Origin: Aquimarina pacifica
Lineage (GTDB): Bacteria > Bacteroidota > Bacteroidia > Flavobacteriales > Flavobacteriaceae
DNA: 32,000 bases
NCBI RefSeq assembly: GCF_000520955.1
Contig: NZ_JACC01000042.1
Coordinates: 1 to 32,000, forward strand
Reading direction: 5' to 3'
This document shows positions 14,756 to 25,203 of the stretch, piece after piece (position 1 is the first letter of the stretch; each line of letters starts with the position of its first letter). The notes below the pieces were generated by a model. That model worked only from the letters and a program-made list of their open reading frames with translations, ran no database searches and was not told the origin of the DNA. Both the position numbers and the translations under genes were made by a program.

Positions 14756-15076
14756 TTAAATTTCTACAATGTCAGCATTAGCTGTATTTTCTTTAACAGA
14801 ATTAATGCCGTTTTCCATTCCTGACTCAGAAGAATACATTTGACTACTTCCTATAATCTGACCATTACCAGCTTTTAGATTGAAATAAAATTTTCCGTCT
14901 TTGGATGTTTTACGCTCATATCGTCCATCTTCTTGAGCATTTTTTTTAATAGATTCTATTCCATTTTCTGCTGCAGACTTACTGTTATAGACTTCACTAC
15001 TTAGGATAACTTGTCCATTTTTTGCCTTTAATGTAAAATGATAATTAGAACCTTCTTTATTTTTGAGTTCAAACAT
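14756..15076 (-). CDS. YegP-family protein (two tandem DUF1508 repeats)
   Basis: 106 aa with two internal repeats (YHFTLKAKNGQVILSSEVYNSKSAAENGIESIKKNA / FYFNLKAGNGQIIGSSQMYSSESGMENGINSVKENT). Confidence 0.85.
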   Translation of the reverse strand: MFELKNKEGSNYHFTLKAKNGQVILSSEVYNSKSAAENGIESIKKNAQEDGRYERKTSKDGKFYFNLKAGNGQIIGSSQMYSSESGMENGINSVKENTANADIVEI

Positions 15077-15302
15077 GGGATAATATTTTGAGTTAATTTT
15101 TAAGCTTCTGATAAAATTATAGAATTATAAGGAGAAAGAAAAAATAATTTTAGGCTTCTGTATAATTATGCTTTTTATCGATAATAGATACACCTTGTCG
15201 AAAATAGAGTCATACACTAATATAAAATAATGGACAAAGGGAATTTTACGCATTAATTTTGTAATTTATTCAATCTTAAAAATCACTAAAAAACCATTAA
15301 TT

Positions 15303-16406
15303 ATGAAAAAAATCAACTTAGTTGTATTATTTGCTTTTCTAGGCTTTGCAATGCAAGCCCAACAGGACTTACCACAAAACCCTGAACCAGGAAAGTGTTA
15401 TGTTCGTTGTACAACTCCGGATGTCTATGAAAACCAAACAATACAAGTAAAACTTACTCCTGAGTATCGAAAACTCAAAACATACCCTGCAGAATATAAA
15501 ACAGTAACAGAGAAAGTGATTGTTAAGGCAGAATCAAAGAAATTAGTAGTTGTTCCTGCAAAATACAAAACAGAAACGATTACTTTCTTAAAAAAACAAG
15601 GGGCTAATACGCTAAAAGTTATTCCTGCTAAACTTGGCAATGGTTCAGAAACTGTAGAAATTAAGCCTGCTTATGCGCAATGGGAATTAGGTTCTCCTGC
15701 TCCTGACTGTGCTTCTGGTAACCCTGATGATTGTCGTTACTGGTGTTATAAAGGGTATCCTGCAGAATTTACAACCGTACCTGTAAAAACATTAGCTAAC
15801 GATGCTTCGACACAATCAAATCCAATTCCTGAGCAAAGTGGGACTTATACCAAAAGAGTGGTAGCAGAACCTGCACGTGTTGTAGAAGAAGTAATACCAG
15901 CAGAATATGGTACAATTACTAAAACAGTACTTGTAAAAGATGCATATACAGAAGAAGTAATTGTTCCTCCAACATTCAAAGAAGTGGTAAAAGAAGTATT
16001 AAAACAAAAAGGAGGGTTAACTACTTGGAAAGAAGTAGAGTGTTCTCTAGTTGAATATTCTGCATTACCAATTAACTGGAATTTAGGAAGTGCAACATTG
16101 ACTGCACAAGCAAAAAATATTATCGATACACGCTTAATGCCTGTATTAGCTAGTAACCCTGGTGTTAAAATGGAAATAGCTTCTCATACTGATGCTAGAG
16201 GTTCAAGAACAAATAATAAAGCACTTTCTGATAGAAGAGCACAATCTGTAGTAAATTACCTGATCTCTAAAGGTACGAATGCAAGTCGTCTTGTAGCTGC
16301 TGGATATGGAGAAACAAAACTCAAAAACAGATGTTCTGATGGTGTTACATGTACAGAAAGAGAGCATGCTGCTAACAGAAGAACAGAATTTAGACTAATT
16401 CAGTAA
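15303..16406 (+). CDS. OmpA-family peptidoglycan-associated protein
   Basis: 367 aa with a signal peptide. C-terminal OmpA_C-like domain (HTDARGS...NKALSDRRAQSVVNYL...GYGE...NRRTEFRLI). Confidence 0.85.
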   Translation: MKKINLVVLFAFLGFAMQAQQDLPQNPEPGKCYVRCTTPDVYENQTIQVKLTPEYRKLKTYPAEYKTVTEKVIVKAESKKLVVVPAKYKTETITFLKKQGANTLKVIPAKLGNGSETVEIKPAYAQWELGSPAPDCASGNPDDCRYWCYKGYPAEFTTVPVKTLANDASTQSNPIPEQSGTYTKRVVAEPARVVEEVIPAEYGTITKTVLVKDAYTEEVIVPPTFKEVVKEVLKQKGGLTTWKEVECSLVEYSALPINWNLGSATLTAQAKNIIDTRLMPVLASNPGVKMEIASHTDARGSRTNNKALSDRRAQSVVNYLISKGTNASRLVAAGYGETKLKNRCSDGVTCTEREHAANRRTEFRLIQ

Positions 16407-16440
16407 TTAGCTGTAGTCATTTATTTAACTAACTAACAAA

Positions 16441-16476
16441 AACTGATCTGCATAACATGTAGATCAGTTTTTTTAT
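16441..16476 (+). terminator. intrinsic terminator after the OmpA-family gene
   Basis: AACTGATCTGCAT-AAC-ATGTAGATCAGTT stem (one G-T pair), followed by TTTTTTT. Confidence 0.75.
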
Positions 16477-16635
16477 TTCTATATATAACTTACAAAGATA
16501 CTTGTTAGTAAAAGGTTTTGTTGTATAACAAGTAATTGATTAGAAGAGTGAATTTGTCTATCGTAGTAGTGTTGTAGGGGGTACTATCTATCTTTCTTTC
16601 CCCTTCTTTCCTTTCTTTGAAGTTTAAGGTGTTAT

Positions 16636-17085
16636 TTACTTAGAAAACTTATCTAATAATTCAAAATGATACCTCGGGTCTCTTAAAGAACTATACCCTG
16701 ATAACTCGTCCAGAATTTTACCTTTATAAGACATGATTTTTACTAACGGAAAGGATTTTTGGTCATTATATTCCTCTAGTAATTTATAGTTATGCGATTT
16801 TTGTTGCGGTGTAAGAAGATCTGTATTTCTAGGAATATCGACTTTTATAAATACATAAGAATCTTTATAGTTTTTGAATTTTTCGGTACTAAAAAAGTCT
16901 TCTTTTAGCATAATACAAGGCATACACCAATCACTTCCTGTAAAATACATAAGAATTGTCTTGCCATCATTTTTTGCGATCTCTTTTGCCGTATCAAAAT
17001 CCTGGACCCAAAGTTGATCTTTTGAGTTTTGTTGTGAAAAACCAATAAAGCTTAAAAAGCCAAAAACTAAAACGATATTTTTCAT
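16636..17085 (-). CDS. thioredoxin-fold protein (secreted, CxxC)
   Basis: 149 aa with a signal peptide. ILMYFTGSDWCMPC redox motif typical of Thioredoxin_7/DsbD-gamma-like proteins. Confidence 0.8.
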   Translation of the reverse strand: MKNIVLVFGFLSFIGFSQQNSKDQLWVQDFDTAKEIAKNDGKTILMYFTGSDWCMPCIMLKEDFFSTEKFKNYKDSYVFIKVDIPRNTDLLTPQQKSHNYKLLEEYNDQKSFPLVKIMSYKGKILDELSGYSSLRDPRYHFELLDKFSK

Positions 17086-17235
17086 TTGCTATAATATTAT
17101 ATTGATTAAATAACAAAAACTATTCCATAAAGACAACTTGTTTTTATGTATGTTGTTTTATTCTGTTGGTTGTTAGTTTATTATAGTTTAATCGTTCAAA
17201 AACCAAAGAAAAGTATGGTATTTACATTTTTAATA

Positions 17236-17559
17236 TTACATAAAATTATCTAGTCCCGGTATATTAGGCATTCCTTCTTTTGCAACTGCAGCCAATTCAG
17301 TCTCGTTTACTTGCGTCGCTTTTGCAATGGCCTTATTTACTGTAAGGATCAAATAATCTTCTAGTTGCTCTTTATCTTCTAGCAATTGATCCGCAATGGT
17401 AATACTTTTGATTTCTCGATTTGCCGTGATCGTTATTTTTAACAAGTCATCTGCGCTTTGCTCATCGACCAATACGGTATCTAATCTTTTTTTTGTTTCT
17501 TCTATTTTCTTTTGGGCTTCTTTTAGTTTACCCATCATTCCCATCATGTCTCCAAACAT
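17236..17559 (-). CDS. ybaB: YbaB/EbfC nucleoid-associated protein
   Basis: 107 aa. [19 protein letters not shown]...[14 protein letters not shown]...[17 protein letters not shown] is the family signature. Confidence 0.9.
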   Translation of the reverse strand: MFGDMMGMMGKLKEAQKKIEETKKRLDTVLVDEQSADDLLKITITANREIKSITIADQLLEDKEQLEDYLILTVNKAIAKATQVNETELAAVAKEGMPNIPGLDNFM

Positions 17560-17629
17560 TGTGATTTCTGTTTTAAATTTATAAAAACAAAATTAGTATT
17601 TTGGCTGTTAATAAACTAACAAGATTATT

Positions 17630-19765
17630 ATGAAAACTCAACATGTTGTTTTCCTTTTATCCCTTACTTTTGCAACTTCGTGTAAAAAAAAGATCATGAC
17701 TACTGTGGATACCAAAGTTCAGACTCCTATCGCTAAAAAAATATCTTCAAATTTAGAGAAACATGAGGATCTTCGTGTAGATAATTATTTTTGGCTTAAT
17801 GATAGAGAGAATCCAGAGGTTATTGAGTATCTCGAGCAAGAGAATGCTTATAACGCTAAGATGACTGAGCATACTAAAGATTTTCAGGATTCACTTTTCG
17901 AGGAAATGAAGAGCCGCATCAAAGAAGATGATTCTTCTGTGCCTTATAAACTTAACGGATACTGGTATTTAACTCGTTATGAAAAAGGGAAAGACTACCC
18001 TATATATTCTAGAAAAAAAGAAACATTAGAAGCAGAAGAAGAGATTCTTTTTGATTGTAATAGAGAAGCAGAAGGACATAACTATTATAAAATGAGTGGA
18101 CTTAATGTAAGTCCAGATAATACATTGATCGCTTTTGGTGTTGATACATTAAGTAGACGAAAATATACGATACGAATAAAAAACCTTGTCACAGGAGAAG
18201 TATATCCCGAAAGTATTGAAACTACTACAGGAGGAAGCACTTGGGCTGCAGACAGTAAAACTCTATTTTATACAAAAAAGGATGACGAAACTCTTCGTTC
18301 AGATAAAATATATAGACATGTTTTAGGAACCCCAGTTTCTGAAGATGTTGAAGTCTACAATGAAAAAGATGATACATTCTATACGTTTGTCTATAAAACC
18401 AAATCCAAAAAGTTTTTAGTAATCGGTTCTAGTAGCACATTAACATCAGAATATAGAATTTTACGCGCCGATGATCCTATGGGGCAGTTTAAAGTTTTTC
18501 AACCTCGAACCCGAGGTGTAGAGTACGGAATTGCACATTATGAAGATCATTTTTATGTTTTGACGAATGCCGATGATGCTACTAATTTTAAGCTAATGAA
18601 AGTCTCTGATCAAAATACAACCAGAGAACATTGGCAGGATTTGATTCCGCATAGAGAGAATATATTACTAGAAGATATTGAGATATTTAAGGATTATTTG
18701 GTGATAAGTGAGCGTGATAATGGTCTCAATAAAATTAATATTAAAAGGTGGGATGGTACTGCTGACTATTATTTACCTTTTGACAATGAGACGTATACGG
18801 CCTATGTGAGTACAAATCCAGATTTTAATACCAAATACCTAAGGTATGCATATAATTCTTTAACAACTCCTAATTCGGTAATCGATTTTGATATGGAGAC
18901 TAAGGAAAAACATGTAAAAAAAGAACAAGAAGTATTAGGAGGTACATTTGATAAAAATAATTATGTGTCAGAACGCGTCTGGGCAACGGCAAACGATGGC
19001 ACCAAGATCCCCATATCTTTGGTATATAGAAAAGGGATACAAAAAAATGGAAAAAACCCCTTATTACAATATGGATATGGTTCTTATGGATCGACAATAG
19101 ACCCTTATTTTTCTACCGTACGATTGAGTTTGTTGGATCGAGGTTTTATTTATGCAATCGCACATGTGAGAGGAAGTGAGTATTTAGGAAGATCGTGGTA
19201 TGATGAAGGAAAACTTCTAAAAAAGAAAAATACATTTACTGATTTTATTGATTGTTCTTCTTTCTTGATTAATCAAGGATATACTTCTTCGGATCATTTA
19301 TATGCTATGGGAGGCTCTGCAGGAGGATTATTAATGGGTGCAGTTATAAATATGGCACCAAAATTGTATAATGGTGTTGTAGCTGCCGTACCTTTTGTAG
19401 ATGTTGTAACCACTATGCTTGATGATAGCATCCCGTTGACAACTGGTGAGTATGATGAGTGGGGTAACCCTAATGAAAAGGTGTATTATGAATATATGAA
19501 GTCATATTCGCCTTATGATAATGTGATCGCTCAGGAATATCCTAATATGTTGGTAACAACAGGTTTGCATGATTCTCAGGTTCAGTATTGGGAACCTGCG
19601 AAGTGGGTAGCTAAGTTAAGAGAATTAAAAACCGATACGAATGTATTATTATTGCACACGAATATGGATGCAGGACATGGCGGAGCTTCAGGTCGATTTG
19701 AAGCACTAAAAGAAGTAGCAGAAGAATATGCATTTTTACTAGATTTAGAAAGTATAAAAGATTAA
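17630..19765 (+). CDS. ptrB: S9A prolyl-oligopeptidase-family peptidase (oligopeptidase B / protease II-like)
   Basis: 711 aa. N-terminal D.Y.WL.D...PEV..YL..EN block and beta-propeller region. Catalytic GGSAGG serine motif, and downstream D and H (DAGHGG). Confidence 0.88.
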   Translation: MKTQHVVFLLSLTFATSCKKKIMTTVDTKVQTPIAKKISSNLEKHEDLRVDNYFWLNDRENPEVIEYLEQENAYNAKMTEHTKDFQDSLFEEMKSRIKEDDSSVPYKLNGYWYLTRYEKGKDYPIYSRKKETLEAEEEILFDCNREAEGHNYYKMSGLNVSPDNTLIAFGVDTLSRRKYTIRIKNLVTGEVYPESIETTTGGSTWAADSKTLFYTKKDDETLRSDKIYRHVLGTPVSEDVEVYNEKDDTFYTFVYKTKSKKFLVIGSSSTLTSEYRILRADDPMGQFKVFQPRTRGVEYGIAHYEDHFYVLTNADDATNFKLMKVSDQNTTREHWQDLIPHRENILLEDIEIFKDYLVISERDNGLNKINIKRWDGTADYYLPFDNETYTAYVSTNPDFNTKYLRYAYNSLTTPNSVIDFDMETKEKHVKKEQEVLGGTFDKNNYVSERVWATANDGTKIPISLVYRKGIQKNGKNPLLQYGYGSYGSTIDPYFSTVRLSLLDRGFIYAIAHVRGSEYLGRSWYDEGKLLKKKNTFTDFIDCSSFLINQGYTSSDHLYAMGGSAGGLLMGAVINMAPKLYNGVVAAVPFVDVVTTMLDDSIPLTTGEYDEWGNPNEKVYYEYMKSYSPYDNVIAQEYPNMLVTTGLHDSQVQYWEPAKWVAKLRELKTDTNVLLLHTNMDAGHGGASGRFEALKEVAEEYAFLLDLESIKD

Positions 19766-19853
19766 TTAAAAAAAATAGTGTAACTTCGTAACGTTTTTGT
19801 AACAGTTAATGGTCCCCCTATAATGCCATAAACCTGCGTTAAAACACAACTAT

Positions 19854-20894
19854 ATGAGAGAAGATATTAAGGCTTATAATAATGTTTTAGAACTTATTGG
19901 TAATACACCACTGGTGAAATTAAACAGAATTATGAAAGGCTTTCCGGGAAATTACTATGCTAAAATAGAATCTTTTAACCCGGGGCACTCCACAAAAGAT
20001 AGAATAGCACTTTATATAATAGAAGAAGCTGAGAGAAAAGGTATTCTTAAACCCGGTAGTACTATTATTGAGACTACCAGTGGTAATACAGGATTTAGCT
20101 TAGCAATGGTAAGTATTATAAAAGGCTATGATTGCATACTCGCTGTAAGTTCTAAATCATCAAAGGATAAAATAGCAATGCTCAAGAATATGGGAGCAAA
20201 GGTCTATGTATGTCCTGCACATGTAAGTGCTGATGATCCAAGATCTTATTATCAGGTAGCAAAAAAGTTACATAGTGAACTACAAGGTTCAGTATATATC
20301 AATCAATATTTTAATGAACTTAATATTGATGCACATTATAATTCTACCGGTCCCGAGATATGGGAACAAACTAATGGTAAGATCACACATTTTGTAGCTT
20401 GCTGTGGAACTGGCGGTACTATTTCTGGTACAGCCAGATATTTAAAAGAGCAAAATAAGAATGTACGCGTACTAGGTATCGATGCATATGGATCTGTTCT
20501 TAAAAAATATCATGAAACTAGAGAATTTGATAGTGAAGAAATTTATCCATATCGTATAGAAGGGTTAGGTAAAAATTTAATCCCTACAGCTACCGATTTT
20601 GATACTATCGATAAATTCGAAAAAGTAAGTGATGAGGATAGTGCACATACGGCTAGAGAGCTGGTAAAGAAAGAAGGAATGTTTCTAGGATATACCAGCG
20701 GGGCAGCATTACAAGGTGTGAAACAATTGGCAGAACAAGGAGAGTTTGATGAGGATAGTAATGTAATTGTTATTTTACCCGATCATGGATCACGATATAT
20801 GAGTAAGGTATTTAGTGATGATTGGATGATGGAACAAGGATTTTTTGATAGTAAAAACGAAGTAGATGCCGCAAAGGTTGAATTCGTAAAATAA
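19854..20894 (+). CDS. PLP-dependent cysteine synthase / cystathionine-beta-synthase-fold enzyme (no CBS domains)
   Basis: 346 aa. NPGHSTKDR (PLP lysine), [14 protein letters not shown] phosphate loop. Confidence 0.85.
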   Translation: MREDIKAYNNVLELIGNTPLVKLNRIMKGFPGNYYAKIESFNPGHSTKDRIALYIIEEAERKGILKPGSTIIETTSGNTGFSLAMVSIIKGYDCILAVSSKSSKDKIAMLKNMGAKVYVCPAHVSADDPRSYYQVAKKLHSELQGSVYINQYFNELNIDAHYNSTGPEIWEQTNGKITHFVACCGTGGTISGTARYLKEQNKNVRVLGIDAYGSVLKKYHETREFDSEEIYPYRIEGLGKNLIPTATDFDTIDKFEKVSDEDSAHTARELVKKEGMFLGYTSGAALQGVKQLAEQGEFDEDSNVIVILPDHGSRYMSKVFSDDWMMEQGFFDSKNEVDAAKVEFVK

Positions 20895-20913
20895 AATATA
20901 ATATAATTACATA

Positions 20914-20947
20914 AAAAAGCATCTAATGATAATTTGATGCTTTTTTT
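20914..20947 (+). terminator. intrinsic terminator
   Basis: AAAAAGCATC-N12-GATGCTTTTT stem followed by a T-run. Confidence 0.7.
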
Positions 20948-21204
20948 GTGGGTATATACGAGATATAAGTTTATACCAGTACATTCAACGTGTACATGGT
21001 GTAAGTATTTGATTAGTGAATTGTAGGTGTGTTTGTAGTATTTATTTAAATTACAGGCATTCAATAAACTAACGTATTAGCATGTAGAAGAGAAAAAGAA
21101 TTTGACAATGGCCGATTATTTTATCTGAGTGATTTAGAATATAATTATGTCATCAAATCAATTTTCCGTATTTTCGCACACTTAAAAGAAACAATTTTTG
21201 ATAA

Positions 21205-22464
21205 ATGAGAGATTTATTTGATAAGATTTATAAAGACAAAGGACCGTTAGGAAAATGGGCGGATAGAGCAGAAGGGTATTTTGTTTTTCCTAAACTAGAA
21301 GGTCCTATATCAAATAGAATGAGGTTTCAAGGGAGAGAAGTTATTACCTGGAGTATCAATGACTATTTGGGATTAGCAAATAAAGAGGAAGTTCGTAAAG
21401 TAGATGCAGAAGCTGCTGCGGCATATGGTTCTGCATATCCTATGGGAGCAAGAATGATGAGCGGTCATACAGATTTGCATGAACAATTACAAAATGAACT
21501 TGCTGAATTTGTTGATAAAGAAGCTGCCTATTTGTTAAATTTTGGATATCAAGGTATGGTATCTACTGTTGACGCATTGGTAAGTAAGGATGATATTATC
21601 GTATATGATGTAGATGCGCATGCATGTATTATTGATGGAGTAAGATTACATCCAGGAAAAAGATTTACATATCGTCATAATGATATAGAAAGCATTGACA
21701 AAAACTTAATGCGAGCTACCAAAATGGCTGAAAAAACTGGAGGAGGAATTTTATTGATTTCTGAAGGTGTTTTTGGGATGCGTGGTGAACAAGGAAGGTT
21801 AAAAGAAATTGTTGCGCTAAAGGAAAAGTATAATTTTAGACTTTTTGTTGATGATGCACACGGATTTGGTACTTTGGGCGCTACAGGAGCAGGAACAGGA
21901 GAGGAGCAAGGCGTACAAGATCAGATAGATGTGTATTTTGCTACATTTGCAAAGTCTATGGCAAGTACAGGAGCTTTTATTGCCGCAGATCAGGAAATTA
22001 TAGATTATTTAAAATATAATTTACGTTCTCAAATGTTCGCTAAATCATTGCAGATGCAATTAGTGGTTGGGGCATTAAAACGCTTGGATATGCTGAGAAC
22101 AATGCCAGAATTAAAAGCAAAATTGTGGGAAAATGTAAATGCATTGCAAAATGGATTGAGAGCTCGTGGTTTTGATTTAGGAACTACACAGAGTTGTGTA
22201 ACTCCTGTATATCTAAAAGGTAGCATTCCTGAAGCTATGGCTCTGGTAAAAGATCTTAGAGAGAATCATGGGATCTTTTGCTCTATAGTAGTATATCCAG
22301 TGATACCAAAAGGATTGATTTTATTGAGACTAATTCCTACAGCTTCTCACACGATGAAAGATATAGAAGAAACATTAGTAGCTTTTTCCGCGATTCGAGA
22401 ACTATTAGAAAACGGAACCTACAAGCGTATGTCTGCCGCATTAGCAGAAGCTATGGGAGAATAG
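21205..22464 (+). CDS. alpha-oxoamine synthase family PLP enzyme (serine-palmitoyltransferase / cysteate-acyltransferase-like)
   Basis: 419 aa. WSINDYLGL, DDAHGFG, and TFAKS (PLP lysine) motifs of the AONS/SPT/Kbl family. The N-terminal extension and length fit the SPT-like branch better than BioF or Kbl. Confidence 0.85.
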   Translation: MRDLFDKIYKDKGPLGKWADRAEGYFVFPKLEGPISNRMRFQGREVITWSINDYLGLANKEEVRKVDAEAAAAYGSAYPMGARMMSGHTDLHEQLQNELAEFVDKEAAYLLNFGYQGMVSTVDALVSKDDIIVYDVDAHACIIDGVRLHPGKRFTYRHNDIESIDKNLMRATKMAEKTGGGILLISEGVFGMRGEQGRLKEIVALKEKYNFRLFVDDAHGFGTLGATGAGTGEEQGVQDQIDVYFATFAKSMASTGAFIAADQEIIDYLKYNLRSQMFAKSLQMQLVVGALKRLDMLRTMPELKAKLWENVNALQNGLRARGFDLGTTQSCVTPVYLKGSIPEAMALVKDLRENHGIFCSIVVYPVIPKGLILLRLIPTASHTMKDIEETLVAFSAIRELLENGTYKRMSAALAEAMGE

Positions 22465-22490
22465 TAGAAAAAAAATATTTGATTTAAAAA

Positions 22491-22519
22491 AGGCTATCTG
22501 GAAATGATAGCCTTTTTTT
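22491..22519 (+). terminator. intrinsic terminator
   Basis: AGGCTATC-TGGAAAT-GATAGCCT followed by TTTTTT. Confidence 0.8.
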
Positions 22520-22667
22520 ATGTTCTATCTTCAAACCTAATCACAAGGTTTTTTAACACTTAATCAAATCTAGCTTACTACCTAGAACATAAAGATTTTT
22601 CGGGCCGCTTCTTAACGTGTTAGTTTGAGACTTTGTTATCGTATAATAATATCTTCTGACTATTTAA

Positions 22668-24830
22668 TTAATTAGGATTATGTTTTTTGATAGGTTGTTT
22701 TTTAGGTATTTGCATAGATATAATTGCTCCACTACGTTTTTCGTGAGTGTCAATATGTAAGATACCACCTAAGTCATTTAGGCGATTTTTTATGTTTAAT
22801 AACCCTATTCCTGGTTTTGTAGAGGTAGGGTCAAATCCTTTTCCATTATCTTCAAAAAGTAGATGAATGATATCATTTATTAGATCAATTTGAATATTTA
22901 CTTGTGAAGCATTGGCATGCTTGATGGTATTGGTAATTAGTTCTTGAAGAATGGCAAATATTTCGTTATGAATTTGTGTATTTAGGTCATTAATATCATT
23001 TTCTGGATATGCAATAACTGAGATAGAAAGGTTACTGCCTTCACCGATATTAGTCATGTATTTTTTTATCAGTACGATAAAATCATTTTTATAGAATTTA
23101 TCAGGAAGTAGATTATGAGATAATGTTCGTACTTGTTGATAGGTTTCATCTAATTGGTTATAAAGGTTTTTAGTGCTTAATGATTGTCTAGAAAGATCTT
23201 CAAATTGTAATTTTAAGGCAGCGAGATTACCGCCAATGCTATCATGAAGCTCTTGTGCTACACGCTTTCTTTCTTTATCCTGCCCACCAATTGAGGCTTT
23301 GACTAATTTTAACTCTTGGTCTTTAATTAGAGCTAGTATTTTTTGCTCGTTGATTTGTTTTTGCTGTTTTTGAAATATCCAAAATATAATACTACCGATA
23401 ATCAATAACAGGGATAATAATATTATAAAGAAGTAGAACTGTTTTTGCTTTTGTTTTGCCTCATGAACAACTTTGATTTGTTCTTCTTTTTCCTGATTAA
23501 GCCTTACTATTGTAAGTTTTTTCTTTTTGGTATCGTATTCTTTTTCTAGTTGGGCAACTTTAGTATATACTTCAGTATTCATAATAGAATCCTTAAGTGT
23601 GTAGAAGTTTTTAAGATGTGTTAATGCTTTTTTTGGTTGATTTATTTTTTCATAATACAGGCTATATGCTTTTTCTAGATAAATTGTATTAGTGGTAATT
23701 TTTGGAGTTTTTTTATTTATCGTCTCTAATTCTTTAATTAGTTCTTTTGCTTTTGTATAGTCTCCTTTTTCAAGATATAAGGTGATCAAAGCCTGAGTAG
23801 AGTCATATTTTAGAGTTTCTTTTTTAATTTGTTTTGCACTATTATATGCTTTTATAAAATAGCTTTCTGCTTTATGATTGTTTTTTAGATTATTAAAATA
23901 TAGTTTTCCCTTCTCAAGATAGATAATTGATAAATGACCAATATTGTTCATTTTTTTTGCCAAAAAAATAGCAGAGTCACCAGATTTTTCTGCTTCTTTA
24001 TTGAGGTTAAGATAGCGTTGGGATTCTGCTAAGGCCATATAATTGACCAATAAGGTAAATTGATTATTATTTTTTCTACTAAAAATAATTCCTTTCTCTA
24101 AGTAATATGTTGCAGTTTCATATTGTTTCCATTTGTTATAACAACTTCCTAATAAACTATATGTACTGGCTATATGTTTTAGGTCTTTATGTTTTTCTTT
24201 TATTTCTAAGGATTTTAGGAAACTTTTTGCTGATTTTTCATAATTACTTAATTTAGAGTATAGTACTCCCATGTGTTCATAGGTTTCATGAATTTTGGTG
24301 ATATAATTACTACGATTTGCTGCAATAATTGTAGAATCCATATAATCGATAGCTTTATAATAATCATCATCCATATATGACATCAACCCCATTTTGTCAT
24401 AATATGTAATCCAGCTTTTACTATCTGGATACTCCTTAAGTAATGTTCGAGCTTTTTTTAATAGGTCTCTGGCTTTATCATACCCTTTCCCTGCCAGAAT
24501 TACATTAACTTTTTCGCAATATGCATAGGATAATTCTTCTTTAGCATTTATTTTTTCGCCCAAAGCAATCGCTTTATTTATAAAGTATAAAGAAGAATCA
24601 ATTTTGATTTGGTTTGCATATTGAAATCCAATTTCTGTATAGATCTCTACTTGACATTTTGTAGAGACTTTGGGTAACATTTTGTAGCAATATTGGATAA
24701 TCTCTTCTGTATTATTTGTTGTATCGACATGGGTTCGCCATTGCGTACATATATCATTAATCTCGTTAGAGGATAAGCAAAAAGAGTTCAGAGAAATAAA
24801 AAGGAAAATGGTGGTAGTGAATCGGTTCAT
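22668..24830 (-). CDS. TPR-repeat sensor histidine kinase (HisKA_3 / NarL-partner type)
   Basis: 720 aa. Signal/TM segment, then ~400 aa of TPR-like repeats, a TM segment (FYFFIILLSLLLIIGSIIFWIF), a coiled coil, the H-box AQELHDSIGGNLAALK, and an HATPase_c domain (ELITNTIKHA...DNGKGF...GIGLLNI). No response-regulator gene is adjacent. Confidence 0.85.
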   Translation of the reverse strand: MNRFTTTIFLFISLNSFCLSSNEINDICTQWRTHVDTTNNTEEIIQYCYKMLPKVSTKCQVEIYTEIGFQYANQIKIDSSLYFINKAIALGEKINAKEELSYAYCEKVNVILAGKGYDKARDLLKKARTLLKEYPDSKSWITYYDKMGLMSYMDDDYYKAIDYMDSTIIAANRSNYITKIHETYEHMGVLYSKLSNYEKSAKSFLKSLEIKEKHKDLKHIASTYSLLGSCYNKWKQYETATYYLEKGIIFSRKNNNQFTLLVNYMALAESQRYLNLNKEAEKSGDSAIFLAKKMNNIGHLSIIYLEKGKLYFNNLKNNHKAESYFIKAYNSAKQIKKETLKYDSTQALITLYLEKGDYTKAKELIKELETINKKTPKITTNTIYLEKAYSLYYEKINQPKKALTHLKNFYTLKDSIMNTEVYTKVAQLEKEYDTKKKKLTIVRLNQEKEEQIKVVHEAKQKQKQFYFFIILLSLLLIIGSIIFWIFQKQQKQINEQKILALIKDQELKLVKASIGGQDKERKRVAQELHDSIGGNLAALKLQFEDLSRQSLSTKNLYNQLDETYQQVRTLSHNLLPDKFYKNDFIVLIKKYMTNIGEGSNLSISVIAYPENDINDLNTQIHNEIFAILQELITNTIKHANASQVNIQIDLINDIIHLLFEDNGKGFDPTSTKPGIGLLNIKNRLNDLGGILHIDTHEKRSGAIISMQIPKKQPIKKHNPN

Positions 24831-25147
24831 TGTAGTGAATAATTAATCTGTGTGATCTTGTTTTAGTATAAAAAAGTTGGTAAGGCTTTTTTGGGGTATA
24901 GCAGATTGTTGGTTAATTTTTGTGATCAGGGGTAAATGTATTAATATATTTTAGATATATACTTCATGAATATATAGTAAGGTTAAAATTAAGGTTGCTA
25001 AAAACTAAAGGATATCAAAATACCTCCTAGCCATAAAAAAGCAGAAAAATATTGTCTTCATCTATACGTTTGGTTTAAGATAAGATATCATAGTACATGC
25101 AAAGTGTGAGTGATGTAATCTGGCATTACGATATATAATATGTTGAT

Positions 25148-25203
25148 AATCATTTTACATGGAATAATTCCAAAAATAAGGAATTATTCCATGTAAAATG
25201 ATT
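25148..25203. promoter_or_regulatory. perfect 24-bp inverted repeat (8-nt spacer) upstream of the polymerase cassette; candidate operator or leader hairpin
   Basis: AATCATTTTACATGGAATAATTCC-AAAAATAA-GGAATTATTCCATGTAAAATGATT, followed by a T-run. Each arm contains the sub-palindrome GGAAT-N-ATTCC. A Bacteroidetes-type -7 box candidate TAATTTTG lies at 25213-25220, and the ATG at 25242. Confidence 0.6.
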
